Origin: Myxococcota bacterium
GTDB taxonomy: Bacteria; Myxococcota; JACRCW01
Reading direction: 5' to 3'
Length of the DNA stretch: 22,566 nt
Assembly (NCBI GenBank): GCA_040752415.1
Contig: JBFMGU010000173.1
Coordinates: forward strand, 1 to 22,566
The notes under the pieces were generated by a model, which saw only the letters and a program-made list of their open reading frames with translations, did not search any database and was not told where the DNA came from. This document shows, in pieces, positions 20,901-22,566 of this stretch (its first letter is position 1; each line of letters begins with the position of its first letter). Made by a program: the position numbers and the translations under genes.

Positions 20901-22466
20901 GGCCAGGAGGTCACCTACGTCACGCACCTCGACGCGCCAGAGGCCGCGCAACTGGGTGACGGCTCGCGCAAGAGCGCGCTGGTGGAGGCCATCCGTCCCA
21001 AGCTGGACCTCAGCCGCCCGCTCTCCCTGCGCCCCCACGACGAGCTCACCGTCCGCACCCACGGCGACGTGGCCCTCTCCGCCGACCTCAGCGTGGCCGG
21101 GGTGGGATTGGCCGGGCGCGTGACGCTGCGTGGCGAGTTCGCGTTCAGCGTGCAGCGGGGAGAAGGATCCAAGGTGCGCATCCAGGTCACGCCGTCCAAG
21201 GTGCAGGCGGTGGCGGTGGAAGGTCGTGCGCTGGTGGCCGTGGTGGGCCTGGAAGGAGCCCGCGCGCAGGCGCTCACGCAGTCCTACGAGATCGACCTCG
21301 ACACGCCGGCGGGCAAGCAGGCCTACGCCGCGGCCATGGAGGGCCGCCTGCCCGTCAACGACGTGGCGGAGGCGCTGCAGGACACCGCCGCGTCCCTCGA
21401 CGTCGTGGACCGCGTGAATGCGAAGCTGCCCCACGGCGTGCGCGCGTTGCAGCTGGGCATGGAGAAGTCCAAGCAGACCACGCGGTCCGTGGGTTTCTCC
21501 TGGGCGCTGTGGAACCGCGGCAAGTCCGAGCACAACACGGTCACCGACAAGCGCGTGGCGGAGAGCGGTCGCCTGAGCACCGCGCGCACGCTGGCCCACG
21601 ACGTCACCGCGCGCACCTGGCTCTCCGGCAACGAGGCGAAGGGCGTGTTTGCCACCGTGGACCAGGTGACGGAGCTGCAGAACGGTCGACCGGTCACCGG
21701 CTTCCGCCAGCTCACCCTGGGCGCGCGTTTCTCCGACGACAAGGTCAAGGGCGCGGAGCTCAACGACGAGGTCATCTCCGTGCTGAGCACCGCCGTGGGC
21801 CTGAACCTGCGCGACACGCGCGTGGACGGCGGCGGGCACAAGCGCACCGTGGAGGCGACCCTCCGTCTCGGCGAGAACGAGCTGCGGCTGCTGGCGAGCC
21901 CGTCGGTGGACCTGCGTGCGGCCGCGCGCAAGGCCGGCGCCGACGAGGGTGCGGTGGATGCGCTGGTGCGCGAGCTGCGTCGCTCACCGGTGCCCGCCAA
22001 CCAGGCCATGGCGGTGCAGGACTTTGTGTCCAAGGGCGGCCTCGCCGCGTTGGGTGTGGTGGTGCGGGCGTTGCCGGGCACGCCGCTGGACATCCAGACG
22101 AGCAACAGCGTGTACCAGGACGCCGAGACCGCGGTGGAAGCCGCGCTGGCCAATCACGGCGGCCCGCCCTCGCCCGACGTCGACGAGGAGGCGTTCTCCA
22201 AGCGCTTCAAGGAAGTCCAGGAGGCGCGCGAGAAGACCAACCTGGCCATCACCCACGCCGACGACGATCCGCTCCTGCAGGACAACGTGCGCACCGCGCT
22301 GCACGACAAGCTGGTGACCCTCAAGGACCGGCTGAACCCGCTCCTCGACGTCAGCGCGTGGACCCACGACCAGCGGCGCAAGCTCTACAACGAGCTGGAC
22401 TGGGGCTGGACCACCGACGCCGACTACGGCGCCATGGACGTGCTGAAGAACGCCGGAATCGCCTGA
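17976..22466 (+). CDS. Giant hypothetical protein (1496 aa): Pro/Thr-rich N-terminus, long Gly/Thr/Val-rich beta region, helical C-terminus
   Basis: Uninterrupted ORF with GC3-rich codons and GGAG just upstream of ATG 17976. No signal peptide and no family motif recognised. Confidence 0.85.
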   Translation: MPPITRLPGGTSPSPTAEGRTAPGLPNTTTVSRPGAAPDVTTGVRQPTEPAGDPVADVMERGRRPTGPEIPVPAVNRTFTLGTRALDVRLDPTGAMVRGTVPGAPGTTTTAAAGVDSNAAAVAVGRTTDVQDGRNSFVRNSVLNVRLDANGLVSGNAGTAGRAVTVDERGTTRTTGHTVEVRTDGTTVGATVGGTVERRTAEGEEDLHDGVLEGTLTPDGGAVNGRGRIYRSSVSGTLDANGELHVTTDRTGVRGTASTTVDRTRGNVRTRDEVTVNVAVDGNGPQGAGTLRRTTVLSRGTEVVTTTHGVTGRAGTGVVEGEFNTLRAVEDAAAGRRREVAGSLRAGLGQDGPEVHARGRLANTGMVNGRTRDTSVEAHVDVVGGAVDATLNGVVSDGAATMNAWNVTADLNGHVGPDGTRGNATVGGTRRTTDEPNNFHRVTSVTARAEVDPQTGAARLEVLDEGKRGTGADLHTWRFNGVGTVRGDGIEASVVGACSVGEAGTSGWNGSIDALLSNTHGVTTGRVTASGSVRTVNTDTNFRNELSGSVVSEISANTSVINVTATDEGSHGTGADRLGWRAHGNTELRDSGFTAGLSVSGTVGDESTGGYGAGIDAVLTNDNGTTAGRVTVGADHRSVGLDVVTNTHVEATTTGNLPSVTLERSVENLGSGLSSVVSGTVDADAGTARLTVGSRDASSDVVVDRTVTVEVNAPTRGGSVSVGTSVTADGVTHETHTRVEASVPPEGSVTTALGREVVHRSDEGVARRGGRVEWTGVGVRFEAGHEDANNPRNGTARLAARGEIAHSHLDVRVDRFRGQPDGTSKGLTAHGVVNTEGVSGSYGTARTDATGTTEHSVVMGAGQGMVRVGGAFNHTRPDGTANGLDGRVGFGDRRLDAILTSTREWDGKLGRLAVSVAGHVHVSNEVEDLGAVSDVPALAGKHRVVIKGTRSVDGAASVGLRVGIVAAGISGRGGRGQEVTYVTHLDAPEAAQLGDGSRKSALVEAIRPKLDLSRPLSLRPHDELTVRTHGDVALSADLSVAGVGLAGRVTLRGEFAFSVQRGEGSKVRIQVTPSKVQAVAVEGRALVAVVGLEGARAQALTQSYEIDLDTPAGKQAYAAAMEGRLPVNDVAEALQDTAASLDVVDRVNAKLPHGVRALQLGMEKSKQTTRSVGFSWALWNRGKSEHNTVTDKRVAESGRLSTARTLAHDVTARTWLSGNEAKGVFATVDQVTELQNGRPVTGFRQLTLGARFSDDKVKGAELNDEVISVLSTAVGLNLRDTRVDGGGHKRTVEATLRLGENELRLLASPSVDLRAAARKAGADEGAVDALVRELRRSPVPANQAMAVQDFVSKGGLAALGVVVRALPGTPLDIQTSNSVYQDAETAVEAALANHGGPPSPDVDEEAFSKRFKEVQEAREKTNLAITHADDDPLLQDNVRTALHDKLVTLKDRLNPLLDVSAWTHDQRRKLYNELDWGWTTDADYGAMDVLKNAGIA

Positions 22467-22566
22467 GCTGCCAGGTACCTGGCCAACAGTTCCTTCGCTT
22501 CTGGGAAGACTCCCCGTTGAGCCCGCACAGCCCGAGCCAAAGCGGTATTTCAGACCGCACTCCCAA

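Noticed and set aside
17904..21839. 1311-aa minus-strand ORF
   Set aside because: Shadow of the 1496-aa plus-strand gene; His/Ala/Gly-rich composition typical of antisense frames.

Overview
High-GC window with the gene content of a Myxococcota/myxobacteria-like genome. Eleven credible CDS: a 5'-truncated putative outer-membrane beta-barrel protein; two tandem paralogous vWA (MIDAS) lipoproteins; aat; a Ser/Thr kinase fused to a degenerate class III cyclase, a TM helix and a helical C-terminus; a rhomboid protease with a TPR-like tail; an alpha/beta-hydrolase (GHSKG) translationally coupled to a Pro-rich protein with a FliK/SctP-like C-terminal domain; glgP; a 1330-aa lipoprotein with about 20 Myxococcus cysteine-rich repeats; and a 1496-aa Gly/Thr/Val-rich protein of unknown function. 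The most unusual feature is non-coding: a 428-bp insert between the convergent rhomboid and hydrolase genes. It is bounded by a 52-bp direct repeat (51/52 identical) that contains both stop codons, and it holds a 56-bp inverted repeat whose three mismatches would all be G-U pairs on the minus strand. No integrase, transposase or reverse transcriptase is present in the window. Other points: an unnamed 4-Cys domain inserted three times inside cysteine-rich repeats, a gap-free 103-aa period in the giant protein, and a cyclase domain lacking both metal-binding aspartates. All family assignments come from motif reading by eye, not database searches.
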